In this document: one piece after another, positions 16,682 through 25,842 of the stretch
How positions within the stretch are numbered: position 1 is the first letter of the stretch
How the letters are laid out: the number at the start of each line of letters is the position of its first letter
DNA from: Candidatus Kuenenia stuttgartensis
Lineage (GTDB): Bacteria > Planctomycetota > Brocadiia > Brocadiales > Brocadiaceae
Length of the DNA stretch: 32,000 nucleotides
Reading direction: 5' to 3'
NCBI RefSeq assembly: GCF_900232105.1
Contig: NZ_LT934425.1
Coordinates: forward strand, 3,330,001 to 3,362,000
Program-made: the position numbers and the translations under genes
The notes under the pieces: model-generated
The model's database searches: none
Told to the model about the DNA's origin: nothing
Seen by the model: only the letters and a program-made list of their open reading frames with translations

Positions 16682-17761
16682 ATGCGGAATTTCTTGACCG
16701 TTGATGAAGAGGGATTTCCCAAGCAGAGCAAGGTTTTTGAGGGCAATGTGTCGGAGCCTGGTACCCTAAAAGATATTTTGGATGGATTAAAAAAAGAAGA
16801 CGGTATGTTTTCAAATGATAGAACGATAGTTATGGACGCAGGGATAGCAACGGAAGAGAACATTGCGCTTATCAGGAAGAGTGGCTATAAATATGTGGTC
16901 GTCTCGCGCAAGAAATCTTTTGAAGATACTTTTTGGCCTGAAACGGACGAAGAGAAGATTATGTTATCAGACGGGAAAACAACGTTGGGCATGAAATTAG
17001 TCCGTACTGAAGAAGAGGCATTCCTTTTATGCCACAGCGAGGCAAAAGAGGCAAAAGAGGCAAAAGAGAAGTCCATCCTTTCCCTGAAAGAACAAAGGTT
17101 TGAAGAGGCGCTCTCGGCAATAAAAGAAGGATTAGAGAAGCCAAAAAGACAGAAAAAATATGATACGATCATAGAGAGGATAGGCCGGTTAAAAGAACGC
17201 TACAAGGTGGGCAATTTATATACGATCAAAGTGGAACAGACGGATGGCAAAGCGACCGATATCAAATTTAAGAAAAATGCTCAGGCGCAAGCAAAGGAAG
17301 AAGCCATAGGCACGTATGTATTACGGACAAACCGACTTGATCTTAGCGGGGAAGAGATATCAAAGCTCCATAGGTCGTTGAGTACTGTTGAGGAAAGTTT
17401 TAAAACAATGAAAGGCAACCTTGGTTTACGGCCAAACTTTCACCACACAGATACCCCAACCATTGCCCACGTGCATGTCACTGTATTGGCCTATCACATA
17501 CTTGCCGGGATATTAAAAAAGCTAAGAACCGCAGGGGTTCATTATAATTGGAATACGATTCGTAATATCCTTGCCACCCATATAAGGGTAACAACGACCA
17601 TGAACACAAAGGACGGCTGCGTTATTGACGTCAGAACCTGCACAGCGCCCACGGAAAAGCAGCACACGATTTACAATAAACTACAAATTAAACATACACC
17701 ATTAGGCAGAAAAAATATAAAATCACCCATGAAAACTCAAAGATGTAGTGCCGAAAAATGA
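16682..17761 (+). pseudogene. IS1634-family transposase no. 2, N-terminally truncated/decayed (C-terminal 359 aa open)
   Basis: LTVDEEGFPKQSKVFEGNVSEPGTLKDIL, VMDAGIATEENI and LGLRPNFHHTDTPTIAHVHVTVLAYHI motifs. Upstream sequence 16485-16681 has stops in the expected frame. Confidence 0.7.
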
Positions 17762-17789
17762 AGGACTAAAGTCGTATCACATTGGCAAT

Positions 17790-18145
17790 AAAAGAGATAC
17801 GATTTCTGCTTGTCGAAGTTGGGTTAAGAATGACCTTGTGTTTACCGGTGGCGCTGGGACCAAAATTGACAGTGACAATCTCCGAAGGGCACTTGACAGG
17901 GCATTGCAGAAGGCGGGTATTAGAGACGTACTCCGCATACATTCCGGCATACCTTTGCGACGCGTTTGGCGCAAAGAGGTGTGGATATTTACAAAATAGC
18001 AAAACTGCTGGGATATAAAGATATTCGTATGACACTGCGTTATGCCCATCACTGTCCTGATAGTCTGCGGGATGGTGTTCAGATTTTATGGACTGACTAC
18101 AATTTGACTACAGTTGAGGAAAAACAAGTAGTATCAAATTCCTGA
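17790..18145 (+). pseudogene. Tyrosine recombinase (phage-type integrase) C-terminal remnant, frameshifted, N-terminus replaced by IS DNA
   Basis: Frame a: ...NDLVFTGGAGTKIDSDNLRRALDRALQKAGIRDVLRIH. Frame b: FRHTFATRLAQRGVDIYKIAKLLGYKDIRMTLRYAHH (H-x-x-R ... Y catalytic box). The frame change falls inside the HDLRHT box. Confidence 0.7.
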
Positions 18146-18161
18146 AAACCATTGAAAATAA

Positions 18162-18237
<76 letters not shown>

Positions 18238-18659
18238 ACATAGAATAGGTGATAGTTTTTTTAGATGAAGTGTTGGTAAGTTTCAAATATCGATGAGATA
18301 AAAAGCTACCATGATACTTGCTGATTGTCAAGGTTTTTCAACAGAAATCAATGGTCTTTTCAATTGATTACGTATGAAATTCTGTTAGAATCTGAATCTG
18401 TTTTGTATCGTTGCGAAAGATGAAGAAAGGCACAGGGCTAGATTTACCCACTTGCGCCTTTTTTTAATGGGGAATACGGTACAGTTGGCAATCTGTAATC
18501 TGCAGATTGAGGATTGAGGAGGATAAAAATTATTATAAAAACCTCAACTTATTTAGAAGTTACGTTTGTTTTTATTGTCCTATCTATCCTGTGTATCCCT
18601 GTTAAAACTAAAAATTATTACTAATTTTTTTGCAATACCTCGCTTTTAAGGAGTAGCTA

Positions 18660-21161
18660 ATGGCGCAAAGGGAGTACAATTTTACCGGTATTGAAACGAA
18701 GTGGCAGGGATACTGGGAAGGCTGCGGCTTATTTTATACGGATGATACAAAGAAAAAGGACAAGTTCTATTGCCTGGTAATGTTTCCGTATCCATCCGGC
18801 ACATTGCATGTAGGACACGGCAGGAATTATATTATCGGAGACGTTGTCGCCCGGTACAAAATGATGAAGGGATACAATGTGCTTTCTCCCATCGGATGGG
18901 ATGCTTTCGGGCTGCCTGCTGAAAATGCCGCTATCAAAGGAGGTACGCATCCTGCCGCATGGACGCACAAAAATATAAAAGCCATGAAGCACCAGCTTCA
19001 CCGATGGGGAGTCGGATATGATTGGGACAGGGAAATTACGTCCTGCAATCCTGATTATTATAAATGGACGCAATGGATTTTTCTGAAACTGTATGAGAAT
19101 GACCTTGCATATAAAAAGAAGGCGGCGGTGAATTGGTGTCCCTCGTGCAGTACGGTATTGGCCAACGAGCAGGTGGTAGATGGATGCTGCGAACGGTGCG
19201 ACAGCCCTGTGCGGCAAAGGGATCTGGTGCAGTGGTTCTTTCGTATCAGCGACTATGCCCAGAAGCTTCTTGACGATCTTTCGTTGCTGGAAGGATGGCC
19301 GGAGCGGGTAAAAACAATGCAGGCGAACTGGATAGGGAGAAGCGAGGGGGTGCGCATTGATTTCCGGCTGGAAGGTTCGGGAGAGATATTGCCTTGTTTC
19401 ACCACACGGTCCGATACCCTTTATGGCGTTACTTTTGTCTCTTTGGCGCCGGAACATCCGGTAATTGAGCAACTAGTCATCGGTTCTCAGCGCGAGGGCG
19501 AGGTGATGGCGTTTGTTGAAAGAGCGAGAAACCAGGGGATGGTGGAACGTACGGCGGAAGATGCCGTAAAAGAGGGGATTTTTACCGGAATGTATGTTAT
19601 CAATCCGGTTAATAATACAAAAGTACCCCTGTGGGTAGGAAATTATGTGCTCATGGAATATGGTACGGGCGCTGTCATGGGCGTACCTGCGCATGACCAG
19701 CGGGATTTCCTTTTTGCAAAAAAATATCATTTGCCGGTTAAGGCCGTTATTCAACCGGAAGGGGAATCATTTGACGCCGAAGCGATGAAAGAGGCCTTTA
19801 CCTGTGAAGGCGTTCTGGTTAATTCTGAGGCATTTAACGGCATGCCCAATACGAGGGCAATGGTTGCGATTGCTGAGCATCTTGAAACGAAGGGGCTTGG
19901 GAAAAGGACGGTGACGTACCGGTTGCGCGACTGGCTAATATCGAGGCAGCGTTATTGGGGAACGCCTATTCCTATTATATATTGCGAGACGTGCGGAACG
20001 GTTCCTGTTCCGGAATCACAGCTTCCTGTACTTCTCCCGGAAGAAATCGAGTTTCTGCCACAAGGCATGAACCCCCTGGCAAAGATTGATTTGTTTGTCA
20101 ACACGACTTGCCCTAAATGTGCAGCGCCTGCAAAGCGCGAGGTTGATACGATGGATACTTTTGTTGATTCGAGCTGGTATTTCCTCCGATACCTTTCTCC
20201 TAAGGATAATAATCAGCCTTTCGATAAAAAAAAGGTAAATGTGTGGCTGCCGGTGGATCAGTATATTGGCGGTGTGGAACACGCCATTTTGCATCTTTTA
20301 TATTCACGGTTTATTACGAAGGCTCTTTATGATCTTGATTTCATCGGATGTAAAGAACCGTTTCACCATCTCTTTACACAGGGGATGATTATTAAGAATG
20401 GCGCGAAGATGTCGAAGTCAAAGGGGAATGTGGTAAGCCCTGATGTACTTATCGAAAAGTATGGCGCGGATACCCAGCGTCTTTACACCCTTTTTATAGG
20501 GCCGCCGCAGAAAGATGCAGAATGGAACGACCGGGGTGTGCCAGGAGCGCACCGGTTTCTGAACCGGCTCTGGCAAAAGGTTATAGAATTTGAAGAGAGT
20601 TATGCAAAGGTTGGGCGCACACAAATTGACATGCAAAAACTTCCCCCGAAGGCAAAGGCAATTTACCGTCAAACGAATCAGACGATTAAAAAGATTACGG
20701 ATGATTTAGACACTTCGTGGCATTTTAACACGGCGATTGCCTCGATTATGGAATTACTAAATAATATTGATTCATTTAAGGTTGTTGCGCCTCGCAATAC
20801 GGAAGAAGAATTGGAGTTCCGGGTTTTTAGGTATTCTATGGAAACGATTCTATTGCTCATGGCCCCGTTTGTTCCTCATATTTGTGAAGAATTATGGGAG
20901 GCGATGGGGCATAAACCCAGTATCTTCAATAATAAATGGCCAGAATACGACAAGGATGCGATTCAGGAAGAAGAGGTTGAGATTGTTATTCAGGTCAATA
21001 GTAAGGTAAGAAGCCACATTTCTGTACCGGTGGATATCAGCGATGAAAATTTAAAAGAACGTGTAATGATAGACGAAAGTGTTATTTTATGCATGAAAGG
21101 AAAGACAGAGGTCAAGACCATTATTATTCCCAAAAAACTGGTGAATATTGTGGTGAAATAG
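18660..21161 (+). CDS. leuS: Leucine--tRNA ligase (833 aa)
   Basis: Class I signatures HVGHGRNY (HIGH) and KMSKSKGN (KMSKS), the CP1 editing domain, and zinc-binding cysteines CPSC...CERC. RBS aaggagtagctaATG. Confidence 0.97.
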   Translation: MAQREYNFTGIETKWQGYWEGCGLFYTDDTKKKDKFYCLVMFPYPSGTLHVGHGRNYIIGDVVARYKMMKGYNVLSPIGWDAFGLPAENAAIKGGTHPAAWTHKNIKAMKHQLHRWGVGYDWDREITSCNPDYYKWTQWIFLKLYENDLAYKKKAAVNWCPSCSTVLANEQVVDGCCERCDSPVRQRDLVQWFFRISDYAQKLLDDLSLLEGWPERVKTMQANWIGRSEGVRIDFRLEGSGEILPCFTTRSDTLYGVTFVSLAPEHPVIEQLVIGSQREGEVMAFVERARNQGMVERTAEDAVKEGIFTGMYVINPVNNTKVPLWVGNYVLMEYGTGAVMGVPAHDQRDFLFAKKYHLPVKAVIQPEGESFDAEAMKEAFTCEGVLVNSEAFNGMPNTRAMVAIAEHLETKGLGKRTVTYRLRDWLISRQRYWGTPIPIIYCETCGTVPVPESQLPVLLPEEIEFLPQGMNPLAKIDLFVNTTCPKCAAPAKREVDTMDTFVDSSWYFLRYLSPKDNNQPFDKKKVNVWLPVDQYIGGVEHAILHLLYSRFITKALYDLDFIGCKEPFHHLFTQGMIIKNGAKMSKSKGNVVSPDVLIEKYGADTQRLYTLFIGPPQKDAEWNDRGVPGAHRFLNRLWQKVIEFEESYAKVGRTQIDMQKLPPKAKAIYRQTNQTIKKITDDLDTSWHFNTAIASIMELLNNIDSFKVVAPRNTEEELEFRVFRYSMETILLLMAPFVPHICEELWEAMGHKPSIFNNKWPEYDKDAIQEEEVEIVIQVNSKVRSHISVPVDISDENLKERVMIDESVILCMKGKTEVKTIIIPKKLVNIVVK

Positions 21162-21193
21162 GAAGTAGTTGTTGATACCGTGGATTCCTGAAT

Positions 21194-21220
21194 GTAGCGC
21201 GAAGTACAACTTCGCTCTAT
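21194..21220. repeat. REP-like palindrome GTAGCGCGAAGtacaaCTTCGCTCTAT
   Basis: 6-bp GCGAAG/CTTCGC stem extended by TAG/CTA. Starts with GTAG. Intergenic, just after leuS. Confidence 0.6.
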
Positions 21221-21263
21221 CTCAAAAAAAACGCCGAAGGCTTAACTCCATTCTCGTTCTCAA

Positions 21264-21291
21264 GTAGCGGCAAGGCATGCCTTGTCGCTAC
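21264..21291. repeat. REP-like 28-nt palindrome GTAGCGGCAAGGCATGCCTTGTCGCTAC
   Basis: Self-complementary except for one G.T pair. GTAG...CTAC ends. Confidence 0.7.
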
Positions 21292-21406
21292 TCGGGGGCA
21301 CACATGTCCTGGAAGCTCCTGCTTCCATTTAATAAGAAATATTGGGATCAAAAGACGCTTTCAAATATTTTGTAACGGTGTTCCGATCTTTTTTAATATT
21401 CAAAAC

Positions 21407-21434
21407 GTAGAGACGCACGGCCGTGCGTCTCTAC
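21407..21434 (-). terminator. 28-nt perfect palindrome GTAGAGACGCACGGCCGTGCGTCTCTAC abutting the HEPN stop; probable terminator and member of the GTAG...CTAC repeat family
   Basis: 13-bp GC-rich stem with a 2-nt GC centre, beginning 2 nt after the stop at 21436-21438. On the minus strand it is followed by GTTTTG. Confidence 0.55.
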
Positions 21435-21435
21435 T

Positions 21436-21897
21436 TCAGCATAGGAAACTATCCAGGAAGGTATTAATGTCTTTTCGATAGATATCCTTTCGTTTACTTG
21501 AATCCTCTATAACAATTCGTACCTTTCTGGCACCCAGTTCATAAGAGTAGGCATGTCTAAACAGATGCCTGAAGGATCGCAGGTTCTCTAATAGCGCATA
21601 GCTTTCCTGAGACATCAAAGAAGGTCTGATTCCTTCTATCGATATAGCCATGCGTTTCAATAATTCCACGTGGTATGAAGCTTTATTTGGAATATTGTTC
21701 TCGAAGGTATTTGCTACTATTTTGAAAAGATCTTCAAAAGCACAATAAAGATTGTGTAATTGATACGCGATACTTTCTATTCCTGTAGGTCTGTTTTCTT
21801 CCTGTCTTCGTTCCTCCAGTTTGGCATAGATGTTTTCTATCTCTCTTATTTGCGCATCTATATCGGCTTTCAATACTGTGAATTTTCCTTTATCCAT
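21436..21897 (-). CDS. HEPN-domain (HepT-like) ribonuclease toxin (153 aa)
   Basis: R-x4-H motif in LRSFRHLFRHAYSYEL. Start ATG 21897 has RBS-like ggggtgaa. The longer track ORF (to 22026) reads through intron and exon sequence and is rejected. Confidence 0.75.
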   Translation of the reverse strand: MDKGKFTVLKADIDAQIREIENIYAKLEERRQEENRPTGIESIAYQLHNLYCAFEDLFKIVANTFENNIPNKASYHVELLKRMAISIEGIRPSLMSQESYALLENLRSFRHLFRHAYSYELGARKVRIVIEDSSKRKDIYRKDINTFLDSFLC

Positions 21898-21953
21898 TTC
21901 ACCCCATTCTTCTTTATTTTTTCTATCAGCCTGTGTTCCTCTAGTTGTACCAC
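21870..21953 (-). CDS. MNT antitoxin gene, exon 2 (27 codons plus stop)
   Basis: VVQLEEHRLIEKIKKNGVKWIKENSQY* is in frame with exon 1 after removal of 21954-23988. It overlaps the HEPN start by 28 nt. Confidence 0.65.
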   Translation of the reverse strand: MVQLEEHRLIEKIKKNGVKWIKENSQY

Positions 21954-23988
21954 ATCTAGCTGGTAGGCTGGAGGCCATTAGCCTCCAACCCCCACTCGTC
22001 GCCAGATACTTTGGACAACGTGACAAAGCATCCTTTTTAAACCATACGTCTTTCTCGTAGTCAGCGACCCCGAAGTGTTGCTCTATAACAGAGAAAAGTC
22101 AAACATCATGCTTTAGCACACGCCTTAAGAAATTCTCTTTCGAATGAGAGTAACCCCATTTTAAAGAATCGGTGAACAGGGAAACGCTTGTTGTCTGTTC
22201 TCCATTTTCTTGAGAACTTGAAACATCTCAGTCTCATGCGTACCCAACAGTCTAATGAGCGATATACCTTTTGTACATTGCCCAGCCGAAAATAGTTGAC
22301 ATGCCCACGAATTACGGGGTTTAATGTATCAACGATGGCTTGCAGATTGACGCCCTGTGTACGTCTGGTGATGTCTCTGATGTTGTTCCTTCGGCAGGCT
22401 CAGGACAGGCTCTTGAGTTTGTTCAGTGATTTCGTGCTTATACCCTTATACTTGCCCTTGAAATCGTATCCGAGAAACCTGAAACCTCTTTTGAAGTTGG
22501 TGAGCTTGGTTTTATCCTCGCTCAGCTTCATTCCAAGTTTCCCTGCAATGATTTCTTTGACATAGCTGAGGGCGGCTGGGAGTTCATCTTTTGTTTTAGT
22601 CATGACAACGAAATCATCGGCGTATCGGACAAACTTATATCCAGCCTTTTCAAGTTCCTTGTCGATGATGTTACCGATAAGGTTTGCAAGCAAAGGGGAA
22701 ATTACACCTCCTTGCGGAGTGCCTTTGTTTGTCTCATGCACGATGCCGTCCTCCATGACCCCTGCCTTGAGCATGTTCTCAATACTGTTCAAAACCCATC
22801 CATCAGCAATTTTCTCACGTAAGGAGTCCATAATAAGCTTATGGGGTATGGTGTCATAGAATGCCATTATATCGGCATCAAGGACGCTGGTATACCCTTC
22901 CTGCTTATACTGTTCAAGCCGTTTGATAGCATCGTGACAGCATCTGTCAGGGCGAAATCCAAAGCTGTTATCTGAGAATCCTTTCTCAAATATTGGCTCT
23001 ATGATTTGCCTGAACGCCTGCTGTACAATCCTGTCCTTAACAATGGGAATGCCAAGAGGTCTCTTGTCATGCCTGCCTTTGGGGATGTATACCCGCAGGA
23101 CAGGCGCAGGGTTGTATATGGCAGTCTTGAGTTCCTGATGGATACTCATGATATTCACATCAAGATTGGACTCAAATTGCTTAATACTTACCCTGTCAAG
23201 ACCAGCTTTGCCTTTATTCTTCTTTACGTGTTTGAAAGCAGCATAAAGGTTTTTCAGACTAAACACCTTGTCTCTTAATGAATGATACTTAAGCATCTCT
23301 CGATATATTCCTTTCGATTGATTACGGATAATAGACTTGTCAATCGTGTTTCCTGGGTACGGATTCTCCCAAACATAGGCAAAAACAAGAGAGGCTCTTG
23401 TTACTGCTTACCTACGCAAAAGAGTTTCTTTTCTCATTGAACGTATTCAATCTGCCACTTTCATCAATTCCACTACGGTTATGCCCCTTTCATTTCCGAT
23501 TCACACCGGAAACTATTATGAGCAATGCTGACGACTTCAAAGATAGACTTGTGAGAGAAGCTTGTCTATCACCATCTCATACAGCTCGGACTTCGGAATT
23601 TCCTTATACCTTGCTGTTAGGGAATTTTGCCCAAGGCGTAAGTCCTCCCCCGGTCATATGGATTACCCCTTTTCCCTTCGTGATGTATGTTCAAACGCAT
23701 TAACCAGAGATGGTTTTACTTAATCTGTTTATCCATCTCCAACAAAGGACATTGTCAGTGCTTCGCTGAGAAATGGCAGTTGGCACGGAATAACACGCCA
23801 CACTCATACACCCCAAAAGGTCGTCTGTACCTCGTAACTCCGTCATACCCCTCACGGGTATATGCTATCTTTCTACGCATACGGATTGCTCCATTGTGTG
23901 CGCATAGGCACAAACTTCTCTACGAGGATTAGGCTCGCAGAGGTGGTATTTTCAACCACTCAGGTATTCCATACTTCAAGGCACACAC
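21954..23988 (-). mobile_element. Group II intron (2035 nt) with internal RT/maturase ORF
   Basis: 5' end GTGTG (GUGYG consensus) at 23988 and 3' end ...AGAT (AY) at 21954. AGATGTG is repeated at both junctions. Excision restores a 119-aa MNT ORF. A strong hairpin at 21966-21990 is positioned like domain VI. Domain V was not identified by eye. Confidence 0.7.
22106..23296 (-). pseudogene. Group II intron-encoded reverse transcriptase/maturase (395 codons, no endonuclease domain) with an in-frame TGA at 22400-22402
   Basis: RT motifs RPLGIPIVKDRIVQQA, FGFRP, TPQGGVISPLLAN, YADDFVV, and maturase X motif LNPVIRGHVNYF in the same frame after the TGA. Confidence 0.8.
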
Positions 23989-24264
23989 ATCTCTGCCAAT
24001 TTCTCTTGAAATGACGGACATTGCTTTAAAAAAATACTCATCCTTTAGCCCAATAAAACCAATATCAACATCAGAGTCTTTTTGAAACCTATATGGCTTC
24101 GTTATCGAACCAAAGAGATAGGCTTCTTTAATAGGTATTTCATGGCTCAGCATATCAAATGTTTTAAATAGTTTTTCTATCAACCGAAGTCGTAACTCTT
24201 CCCGTTCTTTTTTTTCTTGCTCAAGTATTCTATCAAGTAAAAATGTCGAAAATCTTTTACCCAT
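23989..24264 (-). CDS. MNT (minimal nucleotidyltransferase) antitoxin gene, exon 1 (92 codons); unspliced ORF runs to 23929
   Basis: AYLFGSITKPYRFQKDSDVDIGF is the G-S ... D-x-D nucleotidyltransferase motif. Confidence 0.75.
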
Positions 24265-24279
24265 TTTCTATCTGTTTTG

Positions 24280-25428
24280 TTAAATAATTGTCTCAATATA
24301 CCGTTTAAACTTTTCTTTAAATATAAGGCTATCAAAGCCTTCAGCATGTTTTCGAATCGAAAGCGGATCAAATATATTTTTATTATGTTCGAAAAACCTT
24401 ACAGCCTCCAGGAGAGATTCTGTTGTTTGTTCTGTAAAAAATACCCCTGTTGGTGTTTCTGGCTGTTTTTGTTTCATTTCGGGTCTGGATTCAGAGTCAG
24501 GATAAATTCCACGTACGGTTTCCAGCACACCTCCCTTAGCATAGGCAATTACCGGTTTCCCGCATGCCTGTACCTCAAGAGGCACAATGCCAAAATCTTC
24601 CACTCCGGGAAAGATCAGTGCCTTGCAATTTCTGTAAAAATCTTTCAATACTTCTCCCGGTTGCCAGCCGAGGCACTTAATGTTATTCTTTGCCATGTTT
24701 TTAATGAGTTGCTCTTCCTGTCCCCCTCCGATAATTACAAGAGGTAATCCCAATTCCCTGAATGCCTCAATGGCAATATCAATTCTTTTGTAAGGGGCAA
24801 ATGCGGATACGATAAGATAGTAGCCGCCTTCTTCATAGGTATCCGGTGGAGTAAATAATGAACAATCCACTGGAGGATGAATTACCTTTGCGGTTCTTCG
24901 GTAATATTTTTTAATGCGGTTTGCCACATTGTACGAGTTGGCGGTAAAATAATCCACCCGGTTTGAAGACGATACATCCCACATCCTCAGATAATGGGCA
25001 AAGATATTCATTGCCGTCCTTGTCATAAATCCCTTCTTGTTTTTCCCGAAATACGTATGGTAGTGTTCCCACACATACCTCATGGGGGTGTGGCTGTAAC
25101 ATACGTGAAGCGTGGAAGGGGGGGTAATTACCCCTTTTGCGACACAATGGCTGCTGGAGATTACCATGTCGTATGCATCGACAGAGAAACTCTCTATTGC
25201 AAGTGGAAACAAGGGCAAATATGTGCGGTAGTGTGTCTTTATCAGGGGTAATTTCTGTAAAAAGGAGGTGTAGATAGTCCTGTTTTCTATTAAGGGCGAT
25301 ACTGACCCTGGAATATGGAGCAAAGTAAATATATCTGATTGCGGGAAAAGCTCACAGAGACACTCCAGTACCTTTTCCCCCCCACGCATGCCGGTGAGCC
25401 AATCGTGAACAATAGCAATTTTTTTCAT
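24280..25428 (-). CDS. Glycosyltransferase, GT4 family (382 aa)
   Basis: N-terminal MKKIAIVHDWLTGMRGGEKV and C-terminal ...ALIFPGVEDFGIVPLEVQACGKPVIA (E-x7-E region). Confidence 0.85.
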   Translation of the reverse strand: MKKIAIVHDWLTGMRGGEKVLECLCELFPQSDIFTLLHIPGSVSPLIENRTIYTSFLQKLPLIKTHYRTYLPLFPLAIESFSVDAYDMVISSSHCVAKGVITPPSTLHVCYSHTPMRYVWEHYHTYFGKNKKGFMTRTAMNIFAHYLRMWDVSSSNRVDYFTANSYNVANRIKKYYRRTAKVIHPPVDCSLFTPPDTYEEGGYYLIVSAFAPYKRIDIAIEAFRELGLPLVIIGGGQEEQLIKNMAKNNIKCLGWQPGEVLKDFYRNCKALIFPGVEDFGIVPLEVQACGKPVIAYAKGGVLETVRGIYPDSESRPEMKQKQPETPTGVFFTEQTTESLLEAVRFFEHNKNIFDPLSIRKHAEGFDSLIFKEKFKRYIETII

Positions 25429-25613
25429 ATTATTTTACGTTCGATACTATTTTAAGAGACGTTAGTTCACCGCATAAGATGCCGGGAGTGCAGAGAAAGC
25501 GTGGTTTGAACGACTGGTTTTAGGTATCTTGAGTCCGTTGGGTCGTGAGGGTTAGTCGGGTCACCCCAACAAACCCTATAATAAATTAGGCCTTCGGCAA
25601 CTTTTTCGATGAT

Positions 25614-25663
25614 GTAGGGCGAAGTGCCACTTCGCCAGTGACGAAGCAATCGCTTCGTCCTAC
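25614..25663. repeat. Compound REP-like palindrome: outer GTAGG/CCTAC stem enclosing two CGAAG...CTTCG hairpins
   Basis: GTAGGGCGAAGTGCCACTTCGCCAGTGACGAAGCAATCGCTTCGTCCTAC. The flanking 25590-25637 is related in inverse orientation to 21198-21243. Confidence 0.7.
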
Positions 25664-25786
25664 AACTTTAAAATTCCTATACACCCAGGCAAACTCGACC
25701 AAAGCTGGGGTCTCTGTAATTTAAAACGTTTGTTATTATATTGAAACTATCTTCATGTTTTCAATGTAATAATGACGGTTTATAGG

Positions 25787-25815
25787 TTGACATCTGTCAT
25801 TTTACGAGATAGTAT
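25787..25815 (+). promoter_or_regulatory. Sigma70-like promoter candidate TTGACA-17 nt-TAGTAT
   Basis: -35 box at 25787-25792 and -10 box at 25810-25815. It points into the IS1634 no. 3 left end, in an AT-rich context. Confidence 0.3.
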
Positions 25816-25842
25816 GCTGAAAATTGAAGAGGAAAGATAAAA

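Noticed and set aside
17037-17066. Tandem repeat GAGGCAAAA x3 as a possible CRISPR or VNTR
   Set aside because: It has only three 9-nt units, lies inside the IS1634 no. 2 ORF, and encodes KEAKEAKE. There are no spacers.
18238-18659. T-box or other leader upstream of leuS
   Set aside because: No specifier or T-box consensus was recognisable. There is only a short palindrome (CAATCTG...CAGATTG) and an ordinary RBS.
18729-19472. 247-aa ORF antisense to leuS (and other antisense ORFs at 19473-19754, 20016-20294, 20418-20672)
   Set aside because: They lie entirely within the strongly supported leuS frame, with biased low-complexity composition and no RBS. These are typical shadow ORFs.
21898-22026. 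N-terminal extension of the HEPN ORF (track ORF 21436-22026, 196 aa)
   Set aside because: The extension reads through MNT exon 2 in another frame and into the intron 3' end. HEPN homology begins at MDKGKF (ATG 21897), which has an RBS-like sequence upstream.
21954-22110. Attempt to place group II intron domain V (AGC triad, GNRA loop, 2-nt bulge) by eye
   Set aside because: Several hairpins exist (for example around GACTACGAGAAAGACGTATGGTTT and GTTGTCCAAAGTATCTGGCGAC) but none fits the canonical 34-nt fold convincingly. Domain V is left unassigned, and this lowers confidence in the intron call until a covariance model is run.
22400-22402. In-frame TGA as a sign of an alternative genetic code or selenocysteine
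   Set aside because: TGA terminates other well-supported genes in the window (HEPN, IS630 transposase). No SECIS-like hairpin follows immediately.
22106-23296. Reverse transcriptase as a retron, DGR or Abi-type defence RT
   Set aside because: The RT is followed in frame by a maturase X domain (LNPVIRGHVNYF). It lies within a unit bounded by GUGUG...AU whose removal restores a host ORF. No msr/msd-like repeats and no DGR template/variable repeat pair were seen.
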